Below are positions 8,087 through 17,432 of a DNA stretch of 32,000 bases, piece after piece. The first letter of the stretch is position 1, and the number at the start of each line of letters is the position of its first letter. A program made the position numbers and the translations under genes. The stretch is taken from NCBI RefSeq assembly GCF_000012285.1, contig NC_007181.1, positions 990,001 through 1,022,000 of the forward strand, given 5' to 3'. Origin of the DNA: Sulfolobus acidocaldarius DSM 639. GTDB taxonomy: Archaea > Thermoproteota > Thermoprotei_A > Sulfolobales > Sulfolobaceae. The notes under the pieces are model-generated. The model did no database searches. It worked only from the letters and a program-made list of their open reading frames with translations, and was not told the origin of the DNA.

Positions 8087-9520
8087 TTAAACTACACTTT
8101 CAGTAGTTTTGACCTTTTGTTTTAAAACATAGTTCTTGGTAAGTAATGCGACCAGTAAGTTGATGAACATTAAGCAGATTCCTACTAGATATATATAATG
8201 GAATGCTTCAGACGACGGAACTGACGCTATAGGCAGATATTGATTATTAAACAGGTAACCTATCCATGCTGTATAAGTATCCATAAATACGGTAGATATA
8301 ACTGGTCCTACTGAACTTCCTATTGACCTTATTAAAGTGTTCATCCCAATCCCAACCCCTCTTTGATCCTCTGGTAAGGATACTGCCACCATATTCACTA
8401 AAGGTATCATCAGGGATATTATGCCAACAGATGCTACTACAGTATCTAGTAGCACTTGAATATTAGTTGAATTGAAAGCATTTAACAACAAAAAGCCTAT
8501 AATCCCCACAATTGAACCAAATATAAGCAAAGGCTTAGGACCAGTGCTATTGATTAGCCTTCCTACAATGGGACCTACTACCATCATTGTGAGTGCTACA
8601 GGAGCCATTAACAACCCAGAGTCAATTATACTTAAGCCAAGACCGTAAGGCTTGGGTAACTGGGCATAATAGGTTAAGCCAATAAACATGAGGAACATCG
8701 CAGTACCTGCTATTAAACCAGATATATTAGCTACCATAATATTCCTAATTCTAAACAGGTCTAATTTCATAAGAGGTTCCGCTACTCTTCTCTCCACAAA
8801 GATAAACACACCAAAACTTATAATTGAAGTTAGAATGAGTGAGAATTGAGTTGCTGAAAACCAACCGATAGACGGTCCCTCTGTCAAGTACACTAATAGT
8901 GATATTACAGCTAACATTAAGAATACAGCCCCTAAATAGTCAATCCTCTCCTTGGTTTTAGATGGTATCTCCTGGATAAATCTTATGGATATAAACATGA
9001 GGATTATTGAGAGTATGAACGCTGTATGAAAGGCATATTGCCAACCTAAGTCTTGAACTATGTATGCACCGATTAACAAACCTAATGCCGGACCTAGTGC
9101 CAAGGTAGCGCTTAGTATACTTTGAGCCCATGCTACTCTTTCCCTTGGAAATAAATCAGTAATTATTGCAATTGCAATTGGAAAAACTGCAAAGCCCAGA
9201 CCTTGAATTGCTCTAGCAAATATAAGCATATAGATATTTGTTGAAAATCCTGCAATTAACACTGCCAGAGAGTAGAAGGCTATAGCTAAAAGATATATTT
9301 TCTTTTTACCGTACCTATCTCCTAATTTTCCGAAAACTGGTGAGGCAACTGCTCCAACAATTAGGTATGCTGAAGTGATCCACGCAACAGTAGTAGCTGA
9401 AGTGGAAAACTGATCCTCTATTTTTGGAAGGGCGGGTATAACCATAGTCTCTACATAATTCACCAAAACCAACATGAGAGAAAGGGTAACTAGAGTGGTT
9501 GTTGCTCCCTTATGATCCAT
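8087..9520 (-). CDS. MFS transporter, 14-TMS DHA2 (EmrB/QacA-like) drug/H+ antiporter family
   Basis: 477 aa with about 14 hydrophobic segments. MFS motif A is GKLGDRYGKKK, between TM2 and TM3. Confidence 0.85.
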   Translation of the reverse strand: MDHKGATTTLVTLSLMLVLVNYVETMVIPALPKIEDQFSTSATTVAWITSAYLIVGAVASPVFGKLGDRYGKKKIYLLAIAFYSLAVLIAGFSTNIYMLIFARAIQGLGFAVFPIAIAIITDLFPRERVAWAQSILSATLALGPALGLLIGAYIVQDLGWQYAFHTAFILSIILMFISIRFIQEIPSKTKERIDYLGAVFLMLAVISLLVYLTEGPSIGWFSATQFSLILTSIISFGVFIFVERRVAEPLMKLDLFRIRNIMVANISGLIAGTAMFLMFIGLTYYAQLPKPYGLGLSIIDSGLLMAPVALTMMVVGPIVGRLINSTGPKPLLIFGSIVGIIGFLLLNAFNSTNIQVLLDTVVASVGIISLMIPLVNMVAVSLPEDQRGVGIGMNTLIRSIGSSVGPVISTVFMDTYTAWIGYLFNNQYLPIASVPSSEAFHYIYLVGICLMFINLLVALLTKNYVLKQKVKTTESVV

Positions 9521-9763
9521 GGAGACTATTAAAAATTTTCGTATAAATAAAGTTTTCGATATATCTCTAGTACTGAATATTATTCAATTAGGGTATATAT
9601 AGTATTGATAGAATATACTATTAGAAGTTACCTAATTACTAATATGTCGTTTTGCTTAAGTTATTTTATTAAAAACTTTTAACATTTTTACATGGCTAAA
9701 GATCAAGTTTTACCTTTTATCATGAAAATTGTAAATAAGCAAGAATTATAAGATATAAATTAG

Positions 9764-9781
9764 ATTATCGATATCGATAAT
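9764..9781. promoter_or_regulatory. Perfect 18-bp palindrome ATTATCGATATCGATAAT in the divergent intergenic region
   Basis: I checked base by base that it equals its own reverse complement. It lies roughly mid-way in the 407-bp gap between the MFS gene and the 969-aa surface-protein gene. Confidence 0.5.
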
Positions 9782-9893
9782 TTCCTAGAACGAGCTTAAT
9801 TATTTTTTAATATCTAGTGAAGAATTGAAAATGGTCTTATTTAGGAACCACATAGTGGGTTCTCTTCAATTAAACTATCGTTTATATACGAAT

Positions 9894-9917
9894 ATTTTAA
9901 ATATTCCGATATATCGG
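9894..9917 (+). promoter_or_regulatory. Core promoter of the surface-protein gene: TATA (ATTTTAAATATT) followed by 12-bp palindrome CCGATATATCGG
   Basis: The TATA at 9894-9905 is about 25-34 nt upstream of the ATG at 9928. The perfect palindrome at 9906-9917 fills the TATA-to-start interval, an operator-like position. Confidence 0.5.
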
Positions 9918-9927
9918 TATAGTATAG

Positions 9928-12837
9928 ATGTATATGAAGAAAAGGGTTTCCCTAATATTACTGATTCTATCAATAATTGTTATCTCTACTTCCTTTAGTT
10001 ACGTTATATCAACTGCTACACCAAACATTCAAGGATACTCGTCTTCCCCTGAGCTTATAACACCAGGAGAACAAGAGATACCTATAACATTTCACCTGAT
10101 AAATTCAAACCCCTATGTCCTGTATAATGTACAAATTTCACCGACAGATACATATCCTTTTTACCTGTTCAACTACTATAATGTTAACCCTACAGTTACT
10201 ATACCAGAATGGACTCCAGGACAAATGGTTAATGTCACATATATCTTCAATGTGGCAAATGGAGTTAAGGACGGAATTTATGAAGAGTTATTAAATATCC
10301 AGGCTATAGTTAATAACCAGAGCATATATACTCAAGTATCAGTAGGAGTTCCAGTTCTGGGTTATGTTAACTTCACAGCATCATCAGTATGGGGAACACC
10401 ATCAAACCCAACAGTAGTAGGACCAGGACAAACAAACACACCACTAACAATAATACTACAAAACCTCGGAAACGCGTTAGTTACTAATGTCACCTTAGAG
10501 TTCAGCTCCCAGTTCCCCGTTAAATTCCTACAAAATAACGCAACAATTTCAGCCATAGAGCCAGGATATTATGGAGAGGCAACAGTCTTTGCCTCCGTAT
10601 ACCCCAACGCTACGGAAGGAGTATATTACATAAAACTTAAGGTAAATTATTACCAGAACAGTGTTCAGTATGTCACAGTCCCTATCGACATAGGTGCAGT
10701 TAGTAAAGTATCGTTGACAGATACATGGGGAACTCCGTCCAATCCTCAATTGGCTGCGGCTGGTTCCTCATTTTTACCCCTAACAATCTATGTGGAGAAT
10801 TTGGGAGAAAACCTACTATCAAACGTAACACTAACACTAAAATCACACTACCCAATACAATTCCTACAAAATAATGCAACAATAGGCTTCGTACCAGCAG
10901 GACAATACAACTACGCAACAGTAATAGCAAGTGTAGATAGGAATGCAACACCAGGTGTCTACTACATTCCAGTTACAGTAAGCATGTACAATGGGTACAA
11001 AGAGACTGTAATGATGCCTATATACGTTTTGGGGTATGTTAACTTCACAGCATCATCAGTATGGGGAACACCATCAAACCCAACAGTAGTAGGACCAGGA
11101 CAAACAAACACACCACTAACAATAATACTACAGAATATAGGTACTGCAACTGTAACTAATGCTACATTACAACTAGAGTCACAATATCCAGTAAAGTTCC
11201 TTCAAAGTAACTTGAGTATAGGTAACATACCTGTTGGAGTACCTATTGAATTGACTGTGTTGAGCAATGTATATCCTAATGCAACAACTGGTGTGTATTT
11301 TGTAAGTGCTAAAATAACATATTATGACGGTATAACGAAGAATATCACGTTCCCAATATACATTCAGGGAAGTAATCAGGTTTCCTTACAGGGAATATGG
11401 GGCTCACCATCAAACCCAATACTTGTTGCACCTGGTGAAAATAATATACCTCTAACTGTTGTTGTGGAGAATTTGGGAGAAAACCTACTATCAAACGTAA
11501 CACTAACACTAAAATCACACTACCCAATACAATTCCTACAAAATAACGCAACAATAGGCTTCGTACCAGCAGGACAATACAACTACGCAACAGTAATAGC
11601 CGATATATATCCCAATGCGTCCTCTGGAGTTTACTACATTCCAGTTACAGTAAGCATGTACAATGGGTACAAAGAGACTGTAATGCTTCCTGTTGAAATA
11701 CTAGGTTACGTGTCAATACAAGCTCAGTCTTTATGGGGTAGTATAAATTCACCCATAACAGTAAGTCCTGGAGAGACGCAGGTACCATTGACAATTCTCC
11801 TTAAGAACACAGGAGATGTAAACGTACTTAATGCGACACTGACCTTCTCTAATAGTGAGTACCCATTAAAATTCTCTCAAACTAATGCACAAGTAGGCAT
11901 TATACCTGCAGGGCAAGAGAACTACGCTACTGTAACAGTCAGTGTCTACCCAAATGCAACTCCTGGAGTATATTACATACCTGCTACACTAAACTATTAT
12001 AATTATAAGACCGAAATAACGGTGCCAGTGGACATTTACAGTCCAAATGTTTCCATAAATGTAGTCACCCTTCCACCACAGGTATTCCCAGGTTATTATG
12101 ATGTGAGATTGCTAACAATATTGACGAACTACGGAAATGGAATAGCTGAAAACGCCAGTATAAGTGTATCAACACCATTCCAAGTGATCTCATCACCTGA
12201 GATTAAGATTGGAGCACTACCTATAGGATCACCTGTAAATGTCACTTTCTTAATCAACATTCCAAACGACACTATTCCAAAGACGTATACAGTAAACTTT
12301 ACCGTAACATTTGACGGAGGTAAGGCAAATTACCAGTACGCATTAAATGTATATCCCAAAGCTAATATCATAATCACAAATGTCAAGTACTCCACAATAA
12401 ACCCAGGAGATAGTAATGTGCCCATAACCATTACGTTAAAGAACACAGGTAATGCCACAGCTAAAAATGTAATAGTCAGACTAGGGACGTCAGATGTAAT
12501 ATATCCTCATGTCAGTTCCTCTAACCCACTACAAGCGCTAACCGCATCAGAGGTATTTGTAGGGGACATTAATCCACAACAGACTGCAAATGTGACATTT
12601 GTTGTTGATATAAGTGGAGGAGCTTCCCCAGGTGTTTATCCATTAGCCATCGCAGCAACATGGAATCAAACAGGAGCCATATTCCCATTTGAGCAATCTG
12701 ACACATTTTATGTGAGCATATCTCAACCGTTCCTCTCACAACTATTTAGCTCTCCGCTAATTTACGTTATAATAGCTATAATTATCGTTATAATAATAAT
12801 AGTGGTTGTCTTATCAAGATTTAGAAGGAAAAAGTAA
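9928..12837 (+). CDS. Large secreted, membrane-anchored repeat protein (about 8 tandem ~110-aa beta-sandwich, CARDB/COG1361 S-layer-domain-like modules), predicted heavily N-glycosylated
   Basis: 969 aa with an N-terminal signal/TM (VSLILLILSIIVISTSF). Modules recur with the pattern GYV..S.WG.PSNP..V.PG....PLT....N.G......NVTL.....YP..F.Q.NA.IG..P.G....ATV...VYPNAT.GVYYIP. The C-terminal TM (LIYVIIAIIIVIIIIVVVL) is followed by a basic tail RFRRKK. I count about 27 N-x-S/T sequons. Confidence 0.8.
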   Translation: MYMKKRVSLILLILSIIVISTSFSYVISTATPNIQGYSSSPELITPGEQEIPITFHLINSNPYVLYNVQISPTDTYPFYLFNYYNVNPTVTIPEWTPGQMVNVTYIFNVANGVKDGIYEELLNIQAIVNNQSIYTQVSVGVPVLGYVNFTASSVWGTPSNPTVVGPGQTNTPLTIILQNLGNALVTNVTLEFSSQFPVKFLQNNATISAIEPGYYGEATVFASVYPNATEGVYYIKLKVNYYQNSVQYVTVPIDIGAVSKVSLTDTWGTPSNPQLAAAGSSFLPLTIYVENLGENLLSNVTLTLKSHYPIQFLQNNATIGFVPAGQYNYATVIASVDRNATPGVYYIPVTVSMYNGYKETVMMPIYVLGYVNFTASSVWGTPSNPTVVGPGQTNTPLTIILQNIGTATVTNATLQLESQYPVKFLQSNLSIGNIPVGVPIELTVLSNVYPNATTGVYFVSAKITYYDGITKNITFPIYIQGSNQVSLQGIWGSPSNPILVAPGENNIPLTVVVENLGENLLSNVTLTLKSHYPIQFLQNNATIGFVPAGQYNYATVIADIYPNASSGVYYIPVTVSMYNGYKETVMLPVEILGYVSIQAQSLWGSINSPITVSPGETQVPLTILLKNTGDVNVLNATLTFSNSEYPLKFSQTNAQVGIIPAGQENYATVTVSVYPNATPGVYYIPATLNYYNYKTEITVPVDIYSPNVSINVVTLPPQVFPGYYDVRLLTILTNYGNGIAENASISVSTPFQVISSPEIKIGALPIGSPVNVTFLINIPNDTIPKTYTVNFTVTFDGGKANYQYALNVYPKANIIITNVKYSTINPGDSNVPITITLKNTGNATAKNVIVRLGTSDVIYPHVSSSNPLQALTASEVFVGDINPQQTANVTFVVDISGGASPGVYPLAIAATWNQTGAIFPFEQSDTFYVSISQPFLSQLFSSPLIYVIIAIIIVIIIIVVVLSRFRRKK
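10359..11030 (+). repeat. Copy 1 of a 672-bp (224-codon) in-frame tandem duplication inside the surface-protein gene
   Basis: Identical blocks at a fixed +672 offset are 10363-10460 = 11035-11132 (98 bp, 100%), 10791-10928 = 11463-11600 (one synonymous T/C difference at 10875/11547) and 10960-11013 = 11632-11685 (54 bp, 100%). The segments between them are strongly diverged. Confidence 0.9.
11031..11702 (+). repeat. Copy 2 of the 672-bp in-frame tandem duplication
   Basis: See copy 1. The offset is exactly 672 bp in all three identical blocks. Confidence 0.9.
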
Positions 12838-12870
12838 AGCCTTTTTTAAAGTAATCAATATTTTTTACAT
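12838..12870 (+). terminator. Oligo-T terminator candidates after the surface-protein gene
   Basis: T6 at 12842-12847 starts 5 nt after the stop, and a second T6 lies at 12861-12866. Confidence 0.5.
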
Positions 12871-13002
12871 TCATTTTAGTTTTTCTCATAGTTCAATCTT
12901 TAGTGATTTCATATTGTTCAAAAATCTCATTTTTGTCTCTAATAGATATACGTGCTTCCCTAAATAGTCTTCACGAATAGCCATAGGATCCTTATCCTAT
13001 TT

Positions 13003-14967
13003 TCACGTTTTTAAGGATTGTTTAAACTCCTCGATTGCTCTCTTTATTTCCTCCATGGATGTCTCATCTTCTATAGTAGAGATATCTCCTGTGGACTGAC
13101 CTAACATTACCGCTTTTATTACTCTCCGCATAACTTTGCCTGACCTTGTCTTAGGTAACTTCTCCACGAAATGTATTTCAGGGGTAACTATGGCACCCAT
13201 ATGTCCTCTCATATATGCTTGTATTTCTGTCGCTAATTCCTGTGACGGAACGTGTCCCGTTTTTAATACAACGAAAATATGTATATTCTCGCCCTTTACT
13301 GGGTCAGGTAGCCCTATAGCAGCAGCTTCAGCGACAGCAGGGTGTGAGGTAGTTATTGATTCAACTTCTCCTGCTCCTATTCTGTGTGCAGCGACTTTAA
13401 TGGTTTCGTCTGCTCTTCCCATTACCCAAATATATCCCTCCTCATCAATCATCGCATAGTCTCCACTGTAATATATCCCAGGGAATTTACTGAAATATGA
13501 CTTCTTTAATCTCTCATTTCCGGGATCATTCCACATTCCTATCATCATTGATGGGGGATATGGCGGTAGCATTACTAAATAACCCCTATTCCTAGGCTTC
13601 GTAGTGTTCCCGCTTTCGTCAAGTATTTCTATTTTATTACCTGGTAACGGAAATCCGCATGTAGGACCTGATTTCATTGGCAAGTAAATTAGACCAGGCA
13701 TATAACCCAAATTCGGAGATCCTGTCTCAGTTTGCCACCATTGATGGGACATGTAGACTCTACCATTACCTACTACCTCAAGACCCCATTTCCAAGGTGC
13801 ATAATTTAATGGTTCGCCCGCAGTAACTATTACTCTTAGAGAGGAAAGGTCATGTTTTTTAACAACCTCGTCTCCATATTTCATGAAGGACCTAAGTGCA
13901 GTTGCCGAAGTACCGAAAACAGTGACCCTATTTCTCTCTATGATTTCAGCCCATTTATCCGCATAAGGATAGTCTGGTGCATCCTCATATATAACAATAG
14001 ATCTACCCATCACTAGAGGTGCATATGTTATATAGGAGTGTCCAACTACCCAGCCTATATCAGAAGTGTTAAACAGTATATCATTCTCTTCACTCATGCC
14101 ATAAGACCAAAGTAACATAATCGAAGTTCCAACTAAGTATCCTGCGGTACTATGAACTATACCCTTGGGTTTTCCAGTAGTTCCAGAGGTGTAAAGTATA
14201 TAAAGAGGATGTGTTGATTCTACAGGTTCAGGGTCGATAGGTTTATATTTAGCTATTTCTTCAAAGTACACATCTCTTTTGTCATCAAAAGGAATTTCAG
14301 AACCAGTCCTCTTGTAGATGATAACTTTCTCTACCGGACTGTTTTTACCAAGTAACCTAATTGACTCATCTACAGCTTTCTTTAATTCTACTAACTTTCC
14401 TCTCCTATAATAGGCATCTGCAGTAATAACAACCTTGGAACCTGCATCAGATATCCTATCTGCTAGGGCTTGAACTCCAAAACCTGCAAATACGACATTA
14501 TGAATTGCACCTAATCTGGTCACTGCAAGCATAGAAATTACTCCTTCTGGAGTTAGTGGCATATATATTGTTACTCGATCACCTTTTCGTACTCCTATTT
14601 CCCTCAGAGCATTAGCCCATCTATTTACTTCATAGTACAAGTCTTGATAAGTTAAAACTCTCCTCTCGTGTTTTCCACTTTCCCAAATTATAGCAGCTTT
14701 AAATTTCCTGTTAGAAAAAGCATGTCTATCTATAGCATTATATGAGGCATTTAGCTTTCCCTCAACAAACCATTTTGTAAGCAAGCCCTCCTCTTGAACA
14801 AAGGTTTTTTTCCAAGGTTCAAACCAATCAATCAAACTCTCCGCTATCCTATCCCAGAACTTACTCGGCTCTTCTATGCTTTGTTTATAGATGTTTTTAT
14901 ATATCCGTAAGTTATAATCAGCCTTCTCCTCTAATTGCTGAAGCTCGTCAATTGGTTTTTCTGCCAT
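13003..14967 (-). CDS. acs: Acetyl-CoA synthetase (AMP-forming)
   Basis: 654 aa with the AMP-binding signature LYTSGTTGKPKG, plus YWQTETG-like HQWWQTETG, and C-terminal LPKTRSGKVMRR. Confidence 0.92.
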   Translation of the reverse strand: MAEKPIDELQQLEEKADYNLRIYKNIYKQSIEEPSKFWDRIAESLIDWFEPWKKTFVQEEGLLTKWFVEGKLNASYNAIDRHAFSNRKFKAAIIWESGKHERRVLTYQDLYYEVNRWANALREIGVRKGDRVTIYMPLTPEGVISMLAVTRLGAIHNVVFAGFGVQALADRISDAGSKVVITADAYYRRGKLVELKKAVDESIRLLGKNSPVEKVIIYKRTGSEIPFDDKRDVYFEEIAKYKPIDPEPVESTHPLYILYTSGTTGKPKGIVHSTAGYLVGTSIMLLWSYGMSEENDILFNTSDIGWVVGHSYITYAPLVMGRSIVIYEDAPDYPYADKWAEIIERNRVTVFGTSATALRSFMKYGDEVVKKHDLSSLRVIVTAGEPLNYAPWKWGLEVVGNGRVYMSHQWWQTETGSPNLGYMPGLIYLPMKSGPTCGFPLPGNKIEILDESGNTTKPRNRGYLVMLPPYPPSMMIGMWNDPGNERLKKSYFSKFPGIYYSGDYAMIDEEGYIWVMGRADETIKVAAHRIGAGEVESITTSHPAVAEAAAIGLPDPVKGENIHIFVVLKTGHVPSQELATEIQAYMRGHMGAIVTPEIHFVEKLPKTRSGKVMRRVIKAVMLGQSTGDISTIEDETSMEEIKRAIEEFKQSLKT

Positions 14968-15074
14968 ACTACTCAGTATAAATAATTTAAACTATATTAA
15001 AAAATCTTTACTCTATCGTTATATTTTAACAGGAATCAAGTAAAGTAAATTAGGATGTAAATTTAGTAAACTCT

Positions 15075-16106
15075 ATGAATAGAGTAACACTACTATCTAC
15101 AAGCTGGTTCATATGGGGAATTGCTTACTACTTATATTATCCATATACTTCTATATATGCTTCCACATTTATTAAAGATAGACTAATACCACTAATTTAC
15201 ATAATATACACACTGATAGGGATTCCTTCAGCCCTATTGAGTGCTAAGATATCGAAACTTCTAGGATTGAAAAGAGCTATTATATTATTCATGGCTTTAT
15301 CTGGAGTTGGTCTTATGGTTGTTGCCATAGCCCCATCTTTACCAGTACTAATTCTAGGGTTTACAATGTCCTCATCTTCTCTATTAATTGCCTTACCTAA
15401 CTATTATTATTACATGAATAATCTAGGAAAAGGTGTTATTTCAAAAGTGTGGGCTATATCGATTTTACCGGCAATCTTTACTCCTGTGATAGGAGGAGCT
15501 ATTGCACAGTTACTGGGAATTAGGTATGTTTTTTTAACTGCAGGTCTATTTATGACTCTTTCAGGGCTACCTGTTTTAGGTCTAGAATATGACAAGGAGA
15601 GCATAGTTTTTTATGAAAATACTAGAAAACTTAACCCCTTACCCGGTCTCGTTATCATCCCTATATCATTAGCATCTCCTTTCGTGTTCCTTATCACTAA
15701 GGACCTGTACAATTTGTCTTATGTAGCAGTGGGAGTGTTAGCTACAATGAGCGAAGTAATAGGTATGGTTGTAGTGTTCCTTTCTGCGGGTAGGAATAAG
15801 CTACTTCCGATTTACCTTATGTTGTTTTCACTTGTTTACCTGGTGTTTTTTAACCCCTTATTTTCCCTGGCATTCGGTCTATGGGAAGTCCTCATCCCAT
15901 TAGCTATAGAAGAAGTTAACGGAAGTAGTATCAGTGCTTATTCAAGAATGATCTCTCTGCAACAGATCTTTTGGCTTATAGGATACGTCGCATCCTTGCT
16001 TGCGTTATCTGTAAAATTTGCTCTACTTATATCAGCCATTTCCTCCTTAGTTCTCGCTTTTATAGCCTGGAAAACGCGGAACTTTAAAATATTCGTAGAT
16101 AAATAA
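15075..16106 (+). CDS. MFS-like polytopic membrane permease (about 10 TM), substrate unknown
   Basis: 343 aa, almost entirely hydrophobic helices. A degenerate motif-A-like loop SAKISKLLGLKR follows TM2. It is divergent from acs across a 107-bp promoter region. Confidence 0.6.
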   Translation: MNRVTLLSTSWFIWGIAYYLYYPYTSIYASTFIKDRLIPLIYIIYTLIGIPSALLSAKISKLLGLKRAIILFMALSGVGLMVVAIAPSLPVLILGFTMSSSSLLIALPNYYYYMNNLGKGVISKVWAISILPAIFTPVIGGAIAQLLGIRYVFLTAGLFMTLSGLPVLGLEYDKESIVFYENTRKLNPLPGLVIIPISLASPFVFLITKDLYNLSYVAVGVLATMSEVIGMVVVFLSAGRNKLLPIYLMLFSLVYLVFFNPLFSLAFGLWEVLIPLAIEEVNGSSISAYSRMISLQQIFWLIGYVASLLALSVKFALLISAISSLVLAFIAWKTRNFKIFVDK

Positions 16107-16114
16107 TAGTAATT

Positions 16115-16399
16115 GTGGATATCTTAGAATTAGCTATACTTACATTGTTGTCAGACCAGGAGGAACTAAGTATAAGGGAAATTGGAAATTATCTAGGAGT
16201 AAGGAATATAAGGTTATCAAGATCGCTCAAAGAGTTGGAGAAGAAGGGATTAATATTCACTAAAGCTCTTATAGGAAATGGAGATATGATAATTGGCATC
16301 ACCGAGGAGGGTGTAAAAGAACTATATAAGAATTATATTGTATTGAGAGATTTGGTTAAAGAAATGGAATACAGTCTATGCACTAAATTCGACTGTTAG
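16115..16399 (+). CDS. Small winged-helix transcriptional regulator (MarR/ArsR-like size class)
   Basis: 94 aa with a GTG start 8 nt after the permease stop. The HTH is [30 protein letters not shown]. It is probably co-transcribed with the permease. Confidence 0.65.
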   Translation: MDILELAILTLLSDQEELSIREIGNYLGVRNIRLSRSLKELEKKGLIFTKALIGNGDMIIGITEEGVKELYKNYIVLRDLVKEMEYSLCTKFDC

Positions 16400-17331
16400 A
16401 ACCACTTAAGTAAATCATACAAAAGCTTCAAAAATTCCTCCTTATGTATTTCATAGATTACCTCTGTGTTAGGATTTTTCTTCCATATAGAAAGATAGTC
16501 TATGACCACCATACCTCTGGTTAGACAATCACAATTCTCTACATCTACAAAGTGTTTGTCCGATCTTTTAACAACATTCTCATGGTTTAAAGCCACTACT
16601 GTAGTGATTAGATCAGGGTGAGGTGTACCCCCAATTTTTTCATTTTTCATTGAATACTCTCTATAGTGAGTGTAAATATCTACATAGAACTTAGACATCT
16701 TAGTATTCATGTTCTTAATCTCTTCCCATTCCCTGTTGTCTACGGGATAGTTCACTATAACGTCCCAAGGCACCATTGTTATATCAAATCCTGCATTAAA
16801 TACTATCTTAGCAGCATCGGGATCAACCCAAATATTGTATTCAGCAACTGGAGTTATATTTCCTCTACCCCAAGCTGTTCCACCCATCACCCAGACTTTC
16901 CTTATCTTCTCAGTTAATGTCTTATCTTTCAAATATGCTAACGCTAAATTTGTGAGTGGGGATATAGCCAGAATTTCCAGTTCTCCAGGATATCTGTCGG
17001 CAATATCAACTATGGCGTCTAATGCCTTTTTGTTCTCAGGCTTGAGTTTTTGTGGCTTTGCAATTTTATCCCCTATTCCTCCTTTACCATGAACCTCTTC
17101 TACACTCCTAAAGTCCTTGACCAAAGGCTTATCACTGCCAGGATAGACCTTAACATTTTCCTCTCCTATATACTCTAGAGCCCATAACGCATTATTAACC
17201 TCTTGTTGGTAAGAAATGTTCCCCTCAACAATTGTTACCCCTTCCACACTCACTTTGTGTCTCAAAAGCATGAACAAACTCATTATATCGTCCTCTGCGG
17301 TGTCACAGTCAATAATGAAGTGCCTTACCAT
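16396..17331 (-). CDS. Inosine/uridine-preferring nucleoside hydrolase family protein
   Basis: 311 aa. The N-terminal DCDTAEDD matches the family DxDxxxDD Ca2+/ribose-binding fingerprint. Length and overall pattern fit IUNH. Confidence 0.8.
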   Translation of the reverse strand: MVRHFIIDCDTAEDDIMSLFMLLRHKVSVEGVTIVEGNISYQQEVNNALWALEYIGEENVKVYPGSDKPLVKDFRSVEEVHGKGGIGDKIAKPQKLKPENKKALDAIVDIADRYPGELEILAISPLTNLALAYLKDKTLTEKIRKVWVMGGTAWGRGNITPVAEYNIWVDPDAAKIVFNAGFDITMVPWDVIVNYPVDNREWEEIKNMNTKMSKFYVDIYTHYREYSMKNEKIGGTPHPDLITTVVALNHENVVKRSDKHFVDVENCDCLTRGMVVIDYLSIWKKNPNTEVIYEIHKEEFLKLLYDLLKWF

Positions 17332-17432
17332 AATAGTAATTTAAGCAATGATCTTATATTTGTTGTCTCTAATTTACTTCACATTCTCAGTTAGAAATTT
17401 TTATTTTTAATGAAAACACAGATTGTTTTAGT

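Noticed and set aside
10362-11590. Four antisense track ORFs inside the surface-protein gene (10362-10556, 10549-10749, 10700-10951, 11345-11590)
   Set aside because: They lie opposite a 969-codon ORF with clear domain periodicity, a signal peptide and a TM anchor. Their translations are low-complexity (L/V/R-rich). They exist because the sense strand's A/C-rich codons leave the antisense frames free of stop codons. Two of them look alike only because of the 672-bp DNA duplication.
10359-11702. Regularly spaced identical repeats as a possible CRISPR array or mobile-element ends
   Set aside because: The repeats have a 672-bp period, are in frame within one continuous ORF and encode protein modules. 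There are no short spacers, leader or cas genes, and no transposase, integrase or target-site duplication anywhere in the window.
12886-12984. 32-codon minus-strand ORF (MAIREDYLGKHVYLLETKMRFLNNMKSLKIEL) 18 nt downstream of acs
   Set aside because: It is very short and has no GGTG-type SD (only AAGGATCC). It sits where the convergent terminators are expected. I cannot separate it from chance without conservation data.
13136-13459. 107-aa plus-strand ORF antisense to acs
   Set aside because: It is embedded in a CDS carrying canonical AMP-binding motifs. The antisense translation is Cys/Ser/Ala-rich with no recognisable fold.
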